DNA of 62,760 nt, filler included, from Rhabdomonas costata (taxonomy: Eukaryota), in assembly GCA_019059605.1 (NCBI GenBank). It is 50 parts of 50 records of this genome, joined end to end, with 100 filler letters (N's around TTAATTAATTAA, not from the genome) between each part and the next. Parts side by side here need not be neighbours in the genome. Positions count along the whole stretch, not along the records: positions 49,035 to 50,191 come from JAHMHO010025829.1; positions 50,292 to 51,448 come from JAHMHO010025830.1; positions 51,549 to 52,705 come from JAHMHO010025831.1; positions 52,806 to 53,962 come from JAHMHO010025832.1; positions 54,063 to 55,219 come from JAHMHO010025833.1; positions 55,320 to 56,476 come from JAHMHO010025834.1; positions 56,577 to 57,732 come from JAHMHO010025835.1; positions 57,833 to 58,989 come from JAHMHO010025836.1; 42 more parts are not named here. One strand, 5' to 3'. Shown piece by piece: positions 49,035 to 61,242 of the stretch; within the stretch, counting starts at the first letter, position 1, and the number at the start of each line of letters is the position of its first letter. Under the pieces are notes generated by a model. It ran no database searches. It was not told where the DNA came from and was given only the letters and a program-made list of their open reading frames with translations. The translations under genes were made by a program, and so were the position numbers.

Positions 49035-49237
49035 GTGGTTTTTAAAAGAGATGTACCTATGAATATTCATCAATTTCCTACTTGGAATAGTGACGCAAAA
49101 ATAAAATGTATAAATAAAGTAAGAGATGTATATGATACATTGGATGTTACTTTATTTATACATTTTATTTTTGCGTTACTAATCCAAATAGGAAATTGAT
49201 GAATATTCATAGGTACATCTCTTTTAATTAAACCACC
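49035..49237. repeat. ~200-bp imperfect AT-rich hairpin
   Basis: 49035-~49122 pairs with ~49147-49237, with 3 internal substitutions. The central segment also pairs partly (ATGTAT-atg-ATACAT). Confidence 0.9.
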
Positions 49238-50191
49238 ATGTACAAATAAATTTTTTGATTCTCGTATGATTATTTTTCCAAATTTTAAATATTCTAAAAA
49301 ACAGGCTTTTGTCATAATTTGTGATAAATTATCATCATCCTCTGTATCAATATCTAGCATAAACAAATAACTATTATAAATTAATCTATTAGAAACAGTA
49401 ACATCTGACATGTTTTTTTATTAAACAAAAACAATAATTCTTCTTTTCTATATTTCACATCATTATTTGAATCCATCGTTAATTTCATTAGTTCTTTTAA
49501 ATATTCAATTTTTATCATTGTTTTATTTTTAGTATTTTCTACAAGTTTTGTAAGATGTTCATTTGTTTTTTTGTTCCAGTTATACCATATTTTACTAATT
49601 GTATTTGTATATATAGATTCATTCATTTTTTCATATACTTCATCATAAGACGGTAATTCATTTAATAATCGTAATTTATGTATATCACGATTACCAACAA
49701 CCCAAAATACATGATTTGGCTTTGACTGTTTTAAATTAAGAAGTGATTCAATAATACGTAATGTGCCATTTCCTTTATCACAAACATTACCTAAGAATAT
49801 AAGTATATAATCACTTTTAATATATGTTTTAAATAAATAATTATTTACTAATAATTGAACATCATTATGAAATGCATCAGCTGTAAATGTATCTGTATTT
49901 ATTTCAAAATAAAATAATAAATTACTATCAGCATAAGTAAATTCTTCAATTGATAATGGCGAATTATTTGTTTTTTTTATTTGTAAAGTTTGTAAATTTA
50001 ATGATTTTTTATTATTGGATGTAATTGTAAATAAAAATCCATTAGACAAAATTAATTCTTTCATAAAATAGATATAATCTCCTTCTGTATCCGTAATTAA
50101 ACAAATTTTTTTATCTTTTCTTTTATTGATTGTTAAAATTCCATTATCATTGTTGATTGTATTTGATTGTTCATTTTCATTAACACCACAA
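49147..50191 (-). CDS. AT-rich intronless calcineurin-like metallophosphoesterase (GNRD type), frameshifted at an A7 run near 49415, incomplete at both ends
   Basis: The frame is open from the contig end. Motifs in order: ICLITDTEGDY, IFLGNVCDKGNGTLRI, LKQSKPNHVFWVVGNRDIHKLR, then LFVHGGL in the next frame. About 20% GC by eye, unlike the host exons. Confidence 0.85.
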
Positions 50192-50844
50192 NNNNNNNNN
50201 NNNNNNNNNNNNNNNNNNNNNNNNNNNNNNNNNNNTTAATTAATTAANNNNNNNNNNNNNNNNNNNNNNNNNNNNNNNNNNNNNNNNNNNNTGTGGGTGG
50301 TGGAGGGGTCCATGCTAGCGCCAAAAACTACATGTGTACTCTACTAAATTGCCTACAAAAGCAAAATTCCGACCCTTTCTCTTCCACACCACCCGGACCA
50401 TTTTCTAGCATGCATCCTAGCGCAGTTGGCTGCGTACCTGGACAATGGTGCGCCTCTTTGGCAGCGTCCCGGGTTCGAGTCGCAGTTTTGCTACCTTTTC
50501 CAGGGGCCTTTCCCTTATCGCGGTCCCTATGTTCCAGCTTGCAGACCATTCTCCGTAGCTGAGTGGGCTGCAGTGCACCTTGTCCGTTCCAGAGATTCGG
50601 GTTCAAACCGTTCCCCACGCTGAAAAGTTTCCTTCCACGAAGCTCCATTTGTCTATGCGATGGAGATTTCTCCGGATCCCCGCTTCCACCCGTAGTCCAG
50701 TCTGGAAACACCTTGCACAAGTAGCTCATGGTGTACCTCTACGCGTGTTCCGTCACGGCTCCATACCGAAAAAACTGGAAAACAAGGACGGCAGAGTGAG
50801 GTAGGTGACCTACCTTCGCTTCCTCTTCACTCCCTGCTCCAGCC

Positions 50845-51300
50845 TCTGCCGAAGTCTTTTTCCTAAGTGCATTTAACTACAGAACTTGCACCCCCTGTTT
50901 TTTCACCTCTTCAATTGCCACTCCCCTCCATCCCCCGCGCCTCACCGCGCATTTTCACATCTTCACACTTGCCCCCCACGCTGCCGCCCAAGTATTTTTA
51001 ACCAAACGACTTCCACCACCCACTAAAGTGTTTTTATCACTTAACCCTCCCCCGCTGTTTGTTCACCTCTTCACTCCCGGACCATCCCACGCCGCCGCCG
51101 AAGTGTTTTTCACAACTTGAACCAACCACTGTTTTTTCACATCTTCCATCCTTGTACCACCCCGCCGAAGTGTTTTCAACGACACAACTTCTTAAACAGC
51201 CCCACCCTCCGCTGCAATCCATTCATGCCGAAGCTCTTTAACTCCTTGCCACCCACCACCCTATCCTACTGTAAAGTGTTTTTCACGACTTGCACCCCTC
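50845..51300. repeat. Degenerate minisatellite
   Basis: Recurring CCGCCGAAGTGTTTTTCAC-like and CTGTTTTTTCACxTCTTC blocks, roughly 6-8 diverged copies. Confidence 0.65.
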
Positions 51301-54300
51301 TTGCCTTCAGCTTCGCTTCCACCGCTTCCGACCCCCCATTTTCATCGCTTGCATGACTTGCAATTGGATAAAATGTTATAATTCATACGATATGCAATGC
51401 ATATGCAATTTAATTTTCCGCTCGGACCAAAGTAGCTGGGGAAAACACNNNNNNNNNNNNNNNNNNNNNNNNNNNNNNNNNNNNNNNNNNNNTTAATTAA
51501 TTAANNNNNNNNNNNNNNNNNNNNNNNNNNNNNNNNNNNNNNNNNNNNTGTGGGGTTGTTCCGTGGACCAGAGCAAAGGTTGGAAAGGTGCTGTGTTTTT
51601 CGCAGTCACTGGCCTGGCAGCAGCCCCGTATTAGGCCACGGCATCCGTTTTGCAGCCTTATCTGTGCTGACCCTTGCACTGTTTTGTTGTCTGAGTTTCC
51701 TTTTTTTTCGGCGCTGCGTTGCACCCCTTCCCGCCTGCAGGTTGCGACGCTGCGCGCCTTTGTTTCAAAGGGTCAGACTGTCTGCGAAGAGGGAAGGCAG
51801 TGTTGAGAAGGACGAGGGGAGGGGATCGAGAAAGCATTGCGGTTACGTTGTTTTGCTTTGCTCGGGACTCGTGTCCAAATGTTTGTGACGCATGACTTGC
51901 CTGTGTGTCTATTCCGATTTGTTACGATCCCCCGGTCTGACGTGTAAAGGAAGGGAGCGAGGGAAGGGGGGGTGTTGTACCCGACTGCGATTCCTCTTTC
52001 TTTCGACCGCTCCGTGCTCGGTGCATACCACTGTCATCCACCCTGCAGGCTCTCCACCGTTCCTGGGCTTCCCCTCACAAGCGAGGGCGTCTTTGGCGAG
52101 GCAATAAAATTCTTATTTCATTGCTGGCTTGCCAGTAACCACCGTGTACCAGTAGCAGCATCAAATTTTTTGCCGTGCAAAAATGTTCATAACTCTTGCC
52201 AGCATCCCTCGGAATGAGTGCAACGTGGTTTGTTGTTCCCAATGGTAACCTTCACCCCCCTTCCAACTTCCGTTGCTTCACCGGTGTGCACCTGCAGGGC
52301 TATCGGAGATAGTTTGACGGAGCAGCATAGCCGGCACATAGTGACCTTGGGGTGGAGGGTGCCCTGGACGCCCAACCACGAGCAAATCTGCCATGTTGCT
52401 CTGAAGAATGGTCAACTTGAGCATGCGTGAGCAAGGCAATTTGGGCTCCTTCCTGCGTTTCCTTCCTCTTATTCAGAAGCTACGATTTCTCTCTGTACCT
52501 TTCAATTGTGATGGCAGTGTGAAACCAAACGATAGGCTTTTGCCGAGGAAGGGAGCTATCCCTTTGCCGCTTTCTCACTCTCCCCTTCCATTAGCTCAGT
52601 GAGGCTGCTTGGGGCCCTCCCGCGCTTTTCCTACAAATGCTGCGAGCCAGCGGGGTGCTGCGGTTCCGTGCCGGCGGGGTGCTGCTCCGGGAGGGCCCCA
52701 ACAACNNNNNNNNNNNNNNNNNNNNNNNNNNNNNNNNNNNNNNNNNNNNTTAATTAATTAANNNNNNNNNNNNNNNNNNNNNNNNNNNNNNNNNNNNNNN
52801 NNNNNTGTGTGTGGTTTCTGTCTTCGGCCTTTGTCTTTGTCGCCGAAGTCTTTCGGGATATCCAGCAGGAATGGATATGAGCAAATGAGCGCGTTTGTAG
52901 ATCTTCCACGGATGTTGTGTGTCGTCACGAACATTGATGACACACTCCATAAACAGTAATAGGTACTTGCTGCGGAATTACCGACCGAGATCCTTGACTG
53001 ATGGCGTGTCAAAAGATCTGAAGGTAGCGTCAATAACGCACAGGCAAGCTTGGCAAACGAAATGGATGTGGGTTGCGTTTCTGTATTCAAGTGTTCGAGT
53101 AACATGAGGGTATATGTGGACGTGTGGTATGCGTGTAGGAGAACTGATGGCTGAAGATGGACGCGCTGGAAGGGTATCGTGATAATCTGAGCGTAGGCTG
53201 GTAACTTACGGAGCATCAAGAAGTGTGCTGAGTGCTCGTAGGTCTATGCACACGTGGCCTCTATTCATGGTTCATCGAGTGGGGGTAATACTTACGGTGG
53301 CTACAATAGTATCTCGCGTGGTGGGTTGGGGATTTTTCAGTTTCAGATTTTTCAGAAGTAGAGAGCTATCACAGGTAGGCAGCACGTCACCTAAGGAGTG
53401 GTACGTTGACATGGCCAGCAGACCGGCAGAAACGTGGAGTATGCTTATGCGTATCCTTCACCTAGTATGCTCAAGTTTGGTAGATCTGAAGTTGTAACTG
53501 TACGGTAGAGTATGGCTATGCGATTATCAGCCACACACCAAAGGCATCCGAGCGTTGGGTAACAGGCCACCACGGTTGAGTACGGAATCCCAGCTGAGTG
53601 GAAAATAGAACACACGTGCAGTAAGACCCTGTAAAATGAGTAGAAGGGATGGAGTGAAAAAGTGGATATGGATGCCAACACGTTGAGAGGAAGCATGCCA
53701 GAGAAAGATGCCCACACAGAGACACGGAGACTAGCCGATGCACCCACCATCAGCATACCTCAGCATAACCCTTGGCATCCGCCCTGCGCATCAACCCTCC
53801 CACTTCACCACCACATCCTTCCAACTCACCCTCCGATCACAACATCCGACTCCAACACACTCGATGCCGGAATCCCACCCCCAACGCAAGAAAGATACCA
53901 AGAACGCCCCCTTGATGCTGAGATGAGTCAGTATAAAGGATGTGACGCCTTTCCAAGGCAAGNNNNNNNNNNNNNNNNNNNNNNNNNNNNNNNNNNNNNN
54001 NNNNNNTTAATTAATTAANNNNNNNNNNNNNNNNNNNNNNNNNNNNNNNNNNNNNNNNNNNNGTTGTTTGTTAGAGCAGGCCACTTTTCGGTGCGATGCA
54101 TAATAGGCAAACTCTTCCGCAAAAGTTTTGTCATCCATCAACATCCATATCAAAATTCATGAGGTCTTTATGAAATCACCAAACAAATTGCCTCCTCCGA
54201 TTCTCCTTTATCCATATTCCTCACGAATCTCTGTCCGCTTTTCTTTGGGCTTTCCCTCCATTCCGCCTGAGCTTTTCTCAAAGAATCAGTTAGCAATCTT

Positions 54301-54619
54301 TGACTGCATCCTAATATCATGGTATTCATCGATCTGAGTTTGTGGGATCAGTCAAACGGACGACACATAATCTCAGGCCAAATCCTGCGACCAATAATCT
54401 CTGATCTTGGAAGGTTTGACGGATTAGGACCTCGGCATGTAAACGGCACACCGCCTTAGAGGATTTGATGGAGGGCTGAACCAAAAGAAAAGTTTAACTG
54501 TCAAATTTTATAATTGGTTTCCGACAAAATCAACACACACGCCTATTTAGGACGTACAAAAATATAAAAGAAAACACAATTTTCTTGGGGCTTTGACCCG
54601 TGGTTTCCATGCTCTCTAG

Positions 54620-55219
54620 CCCGAACTACAACTCTCACGCCAACCCTTACACCAACGCTTTCGCCAACCCACACGTCAACCCTCACACCCACTCTCACGC
54701 CAACCCTCACGCCCACCGTGACACAAACCCTTGTGCCACTTGCACCGTTTCCCCAACACCAACGGAGGTGAGCACTCCCACACCTACCCCTTCGGACCCT
54801 TGCATCACTCTCACCTGCTGCCTGAAACTTGGGTTTCCACCCACCTTTCGAGAGTCCAGCTTCCCTCTTCTGTCAACCAGGCAACGTACTACGACTGCAT
54901 GCCCCCCTCGTACGAAATCCCGCCCTTCTTTGTGGTGTGTCCCCTTTTCCGAAGAATTTCCATCCCACGGATGTGGATTCAAAGCATTTTGTGCCTCCCC
55001 AATCGCTTTCTTCCTGCTCCTTTCACAGGCGTCCACTACTCTTGACCTGTACATCTGGGATGAGATGATCACCCAAGCCGGAGTGGGAGTGCTGCTAGCG
55101 TACCCTGTGCTGCGGTACACTTACGAGGGTCAGGTGATCATTCTGGATCAAGGCGGGGTATACGTCAGTGCAGAACCGGGCGCCCTTCACCGCACAGACC
55201 TGAACTTGGACCCCCAAAA
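54620..55219 (+). CDS. Mucin-like (TPTL repeat) protein, exons 54620-54767, 54881-54934, 55029-contig end
   Basis: Phase-0 introns give CATCTVSPTPTE|ATYYDCMPPSYEIPPFFV|ASTTLDLYIWDEMITQ. The upstream TLTPTLTPTLSPT repeats need a 1-nt insertion near 54728. Confidence 0.7.
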
Positions 55220-58200
55220 NNNNNNNNNNNNNNNNNNNNNNNNNNNNNNNNNNNNNNNNNNNNTTAATTAATTAANNNNNNNNNNNNNNNNNNNNNNNNN
55301 NNNNNNNNNNNNNNNNNNNTGTTTTTTTGCATTGGATGGATTGGTTAATCTTCGGGCTGGTCTGAAGATGTGTATGGATCCGCGGACCTACGCTGTCGCC
55401 ACCAGCTTCACAGAGTCGTGTCCGGGGTGTGGCTGAGGAGGCTCGTTGTGGGACGAAGTTGCTTGATTGGTTGGGCTGCACGGCCCGGGCCCATGTCAAA
55501 ATTGAGAAGCGAGAAATCACAGCTTATGTCACTAGCCTCTCGCACATCTGGAATACATCGGCATGTCTCAGAAAAAGTAACCTGAACATTGCAGCTTCTG
55601 GTGCATATGGAACAAATGTGCTGCCATGGTTTACAAAGACTTTTTTACCTACCCTAAAATCCCTGTAATTCCATAGCGCATAGGGTTCAAGGTTCAAGTA
55701 GATACCCACATGCATTTCCAAGTGCACTTCCACATCCCAATCTCAACTGTTCCTGTAAGCCTTTGTGTCCATTTTGATGCTGCCGGGCTGTATGGGTGAC
55801 AAAAAGTGCATTTCGACTTTTACCTTCACTCTCCTTTGCAGACTTGACGCCCTGAATTGCACTCTCAGGTTCGTTACTACTTTTTATTCTGTGTGTTTGC
55901 GGAAATGCAGTAGCGCTCATTAATCTCGCTGTCGGGGCTTCATTTACGAGATATGCCAACTTTGCTGCTGGACTGGATGCGCCAAAGGCGCAATCCAATC
56001 TGGCATGCTGATTTTATGGTGATATCAATCTCGAGTCTTGAGGGTTGAAGTTAAAGGACCTGGACGACTCTTGGCTTTTGTGGACAGCATGTTGCCCTTA
56101 TTATGGCGATACCTTTTGCCGGCGGTGCATCCCCGTTGAAACCTTAGGGTCATCGAGGATCGTGTCCGCAAGCTCCACGCTGACGTGGTGGCCCGCTACG
56201 GCTCTTCTTCAGCTCCATCGCCACGCCAAGAAAACCCATAGCGAGGTGACGCTGACGGCGTGAAACCCAGTCGCGCCAGTCGCTTGCCTTTAGCCCAGTT
56301 TTGTCCTAGGAATCCCGCTGGACCCCGGCATGGCCGCGGAGAGACCTTCTGTTGCGGAGCATTGGGCAGTAGACATGCCGTCATCGGCCGGTGTACCGTG
56401 TTTAGATGCTCTCGTTACCTGGTCTGGTTACAGTTGGTGCACCTGGAAGTACTGGGCTGGAAACAGCAAAACCACANNNNNNNNNNNNNNNNNNNNNNNN
56501 NNNNNNNNNNNNNNNNNNNNTTAATTAATTAANNNNNNNNNNNNNNNNNNNNNNNNNNNNNNNNNNNNNNNNNNNNCGGCTAGACCGACGTACAACTGTG
56601 CCAACTGTGCTCTGATTCAAACTATGTTTTGCGATGGACCGATGCAACTGAAAACTGTGGAAGAACGTTGGAGAGACAAACAAGAGGAGAAGAAACAACC
56701 GCCTCGTGCGCTGTGGTCTGTTTAATTCGGCTGGTGAGGTATTACTCTAGACTCTTGTACGTAGAATATCTGTTCGTACGCGCACGCTTGGTCCTACGCT
56801 TGCCGCACTCGCTCAAAACAATTTGGGTGGGATGGTGGGATGGTCAGTCCAGTAAGTTCTGGTCAGTTCAGTAATTTCTTCGGAGTTTTCTCCTGGGGTA
56901 ATTTGGCTTCTATCAGATTGCCCGCTTCCAAAAATGATACTCGGCATTCTTTTTCAACGCCAATGCAACCAACTGAAACGGAAAATATCAATGTCCGTGG
57001 AGAATATGTAATTTTGCCTCCAGGAAATTTGAACCAACAACTGAAGATGAAGTCAAATGGCATAATGGATGGTGTTTGTATCCTCTCCATGTGTTGCGGT
57101 AGGGTTGACTGTGGAGCAGGTCCTGCACAACACGACTGGCTTTTACTGGTCTGGTCATTGCCACTTTAATGCGTTGCCGGCTGTGGTTTGAGTCTCTGTG
57201 GCCGCACTAGGTGCTCAAAGAGCCATAGCCCTTGAAGCTTCCTGAAATTCCTGAAAAGTACCCGTCGACCTGCCGTTCACGCATCTCCAACCAAAAACCC
57301 AAAACTTTGGTCTCGCACTGGCGAGGCCCAATATACCTTGGATAATGCACACCGCCACAAGTATAAGCGGTGCTGGGATTCAAGGGCGTATGATGTAGCT
57401 ACTCAGTATGGGACGCAGACGCTCTAGGAGGATTAAAACCTCCGCCATCTCGTTCACAAAAACGCTCATCAAGCAGCTGAAGGCTAGCTCCACATATGTA
57501 AATGATACAGACGCAGACCTGGAAGCCAAGGTGTGGAACTCCTGTCTACGGAGACTCACATGGCACGGAGCGGAAGAATGCGTGTCCGAGGCGTGTCAGA
57601 GGATCCCACCGAAGACGACAATTTGGAGGCCTTTGGCATCAACACTTCCACCACTGACACCAGACCACCGATACAGGTGGACCACTCTAGCCACCCAAAA
57701 CACCACTCCGAGACACCAACCACCACAAAAACNNNNNNNNNNNNNNNNNNNNNNNNNNNNNNNNNNNNNNNNNNNNTTAATTAATTAANNNNNNNNNNNN
57801 NNNNNNNNNNNNNNNNNNNNNNNNNNNNNNNNGTTGCATTCCATTGCGTACACTCCGCTAAAAACGTCCCGGTCTTTACGGGTAAGAAGCTAGATGCTTT
57901 TCCCGGGTTTAGTTTCATGGTCGACCTTTTTACCAACACATGGAAAACGGTCTTGGGGACCGAAACGTGACCACTATCCCAGAAAAATCCCTTCCCAAAG
58001 TCCTAATTGAACAGCCACCACCTTCCACCACCAAAGCGACTTAAAGGAGACCAACACACCCGTGTGTTTATTTTTGCCGCCTCTAGTTTGGTTTCTTTAC
58101 ATTTTTTCGTCGTTGTATGGAGTGGACACAGATCAGTTGGACGTTTCTACCGCACTGTTTGCCACTTTTTCCAGTTCTCCCCGCAATTCCGCTCATAAAA

Positions 58201-59119
58201 GACTATATTTCATCACTGGCCACGCTGAATTCAAGAATTCACGCTGAATTCAAGTTAAATTAAAATCACAAAAAATCGGGGACTTCCAGGGGATCGTCGT
58301 CGAATTGTTGCGGGAAGTTTTTTGCTTCTCAATCAAATGTGGACGCAAACAACGCCGCAACACAATTTCCACTATGGTGGCGACCAAAAAGACCCACATG
58401 GCGAGTGCATTCCACCGTAATGGTAATCACTTTTGTCTTATTTTGGAATGCAACCACACCGACAACCAATTGCAATCAAAGCAATTACCAAATGCTTATT
58501 ACAGATTAGCTGACATTTAATAGTCTGGTATGGCCGTTAAAACCACGCCCATTTTCCAAAAAGCTAAACCGTTTCCACCAGTTTACACGTATTTCGGATG
58601 TGTCGAGACATTGCGACAAGCTTCTGTAATCAAAATGACTTTTAGAAGTTTAGACCAAACAGACGTTTTAGCGTCAGATATGCTAGTTTTCTTCTAACGT
58701 TCTCATCGATTTTTACACATTCATAAACCACCCTTGACCACGGATGCCCACAAATGCCTCCGAAAGCAATGAAATACCAATTGGCAATCTCAGCAGTTTA
58801 TCGCAACAGCAGTCTATAACGTTAAACTGTTAACAACTGAGCGTTGTTAACATATTTGACAAAATCCAACAAAAGAACGTTTTTTCGCTAAGAGCAAACA
58901 ACACCCAAACGCACTCAAATGAACACATGATCATCATCCAGATCAACTGCAACACAAACGTACTTCACGTCATTGTGGAAAAAACCACCNNNNNNNNNNN
59001 NNNNNNNNNNNNNNNNNNNNNNNNNNNNNNNNNTTAATTAATTAANNNNNNNNNNNNNNNNNNNNNNNNNNNNNNNNNNNNNNNNNNNNGTGTGGGTTGT
59101 CGGTACCCATAGGTATGCT

Positions 59120-59790
59120 GCAGATGTACAGTGTGGTAACCTGTGTGTATCAGCCCGTTCCCAACCTCAATGTCATGTGGTGGTAGTGGCATCGGCGTAC
59201 CTTACGTTTCAGCACCACGTGTAGAAGGTGGGTTAGTCTGTGCGTAGGGTAAGTCATGCTGTTATCATCCGGTGGTGGTCATTGGCAGCGTTCCTCCTAC
59301 GTTGGTGGTTCTGCATCGAGGGCTTGGCATCGGCTGTCTTACCCTCTGTGTCGTATCCTACCGTTGGAGTCACGTTGTTGGTGATCATCAGGTGGTCGTG
59401 GCGATGTTGGCAACCCAGCGAGGGCCCAACATCCTACACTGTACAAATGTGGAGGTGTCACAACCCCGTATACCATTTGTCTGTGTAGTGGTGGTGGTAG
59501 TAGCATGGTGTCACATCGTCGCTTCTCACCTTGGTGGTGTCATGGCATCCTCTCTCCTTGGCATCGGTTGTACCCTTCCGTGTGAGTCCAGTGCCTGAGA
59601 GTGGATGTTGTGATGCCATTGGTGGTCAAGGCGTGACATCCATGGTCGTGTTAGGCTGACCAGGTGATGCGTTGACCCTGCTGAGGGAGTTACGCGAAGT
59701 GGAGGGCGCCGAGCCCGACATGCCACGTTCCCAACCCTCATGCTGTCATCCTCCCTCAATGCCTTCCCTACCCATGCTGTCATGTCTTGC
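59120..59790. repeat. Highly degenerate internal repeats, non-coding
   Basis: Recurring blocks CTTGGCATCGGxTGT (59323, 59557), GTGGTGGTAGTxGCAT and GTTCCCAACC (59157, 59727). Confidence 0.5.
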
Positions 59791-61056
59791 GCTGTGTCAA
59801 GGGCGCATCTCACCCACCTGCAAGTGGTGAAGTTGTGAAGTGGTGATGGTGCCATGATGTCAAGTCATCAGGCCAATCCCTGCATGTTCCTTCCCTTATG
59901 CGTACCTTCACACCTTTACCCTCCATCTGCATTCCGAGGCAAGGCAAGGCACTGGTGTGAGATGCTGGCATTCCTGCCACTTCTTCTACTGCAGTGTAAG
60001 GGTAACGCTGATGCAATGCGTAGGAAGAGTGCGTAGGATGGGTGCCAGGTGAAAGGTGAAAAGTGGGACGTCAGAATTCCACCGCTAACCCAACGCCTCA
60101 ACCCACCCCCATGTTCAGTGCATAGAGAGTGCATGAAGCATGGATGGATGCCAAGGGTGAGGGCTCCGCAGGACGATGGGCGATTCAGTTGTCATGTCCC
60201 TTCGCAGTGCTCTGGGCCATTCCTCCACCTAACATACCCAACACCCNNNNNNNNNNNNNNNNNNNNNNNNNNNNNNNNNNNNNNNNNNNNTTAATTAATT
60301 AANNNNNNNNNNNNNNNNNNNNNNNNNNNNNNNNNNNNNNNNNNNNTGTGACCATCGACCGCACCACCCGTGCGCTCACCATGACCTCCGTGAACGACTT
60401 TTTGAAGACCAGAGTGGACGTATGTGTTTAAGAATTTTGTTTGTCCTCGATGGTTATACACCCGTAAATTCATTTGCCACTGAGGCGGGATTCTATTAGA
60501 AGTTCGTCGGAGGAACAGCTCCAAACTCACTTATAAAACATGTCCTTCTCCAAACAGTGGTGGCACGTTTTGCTCCATTATTTCTTGTGTTATACGCGTT
60601 TACGTGCTCTTGCTCTTGCCCTCTTCCCTCGGGTCCCTCGGGGTCTTCCGGAAAAATTTGCATCGCTGCACGTTACCCTTTTTGGCATCGTGCCACCACA
60701 CGTGCCAACACAGACTTCTCGAGTGTTTACGAACTGCGAACATACAATTTCCCTTTTGACCTCCCGTTGCCCCATGTTTGCTCGTGCGCGTACACATGCA
60801 AAAGAACGGCCAAGCGGTTCGCAAGCACACATAATGTATGCGCCCCCTCCCCGCAATGAACACGCTGCCAGGCGGTGAGCCTGGCAGCGTGTTCATTGTG
60901 TTATACATCCTGTGTTCTCTCCTTTTTGTCTAGCTTTGGAGTATCTTCATTTTCTCTGTATTCCCTGTGTGTACCGATTCGTGACACAGACACGTTTGGT
61001 TGCGCCTCTCCATTAGGCCTCCTGTGGGCATTGCTTCCTGCCCTTTGCTCCCAAAG

Positions 61057-61242
61057 GTTCTTGAGACTGCCTCCTACCAAGCCTACGAGGCGAATCCGCA
61101 GTGGACGATATTCTCGTGCTCCGGGACGGTTACCCTGCGCAACCTCTACCGCACCGAGGGGATCTGCGAGAGGATTGCGATGTGGCAGTACCTCAAGAAC
61201 GGCCGGGCTGCGCGGCAAGTCGACTGCATCTTCATAAACCAG
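61057..61242 (+). CDS. Internal exon, unknown protein
   Basis: 62-codon phase-0 exon VLETASYQAYEANPQWTIFSCSGTVTLRNLYRTEGICERIAMWQYLKNG...IFINQ, between AAAG and GTTGGC. Confidence 0.7.

Noticed and set aside
50420..50490. tRNA-like GGTTCGAGTC B-box
   Set aside because: No cloverleaf or acceptor stem could be formed.
50845..51300. CRISPR array
   Set aside because: The repeats are highly degenerate, irregularly spaced and have similar spacers. No cas gene, and the context is eukaryotic.
58221..58254. 15-bp direct repeat CACGCTGAATTCAAG
   Set aside because: A simple local duplication with no associated element.
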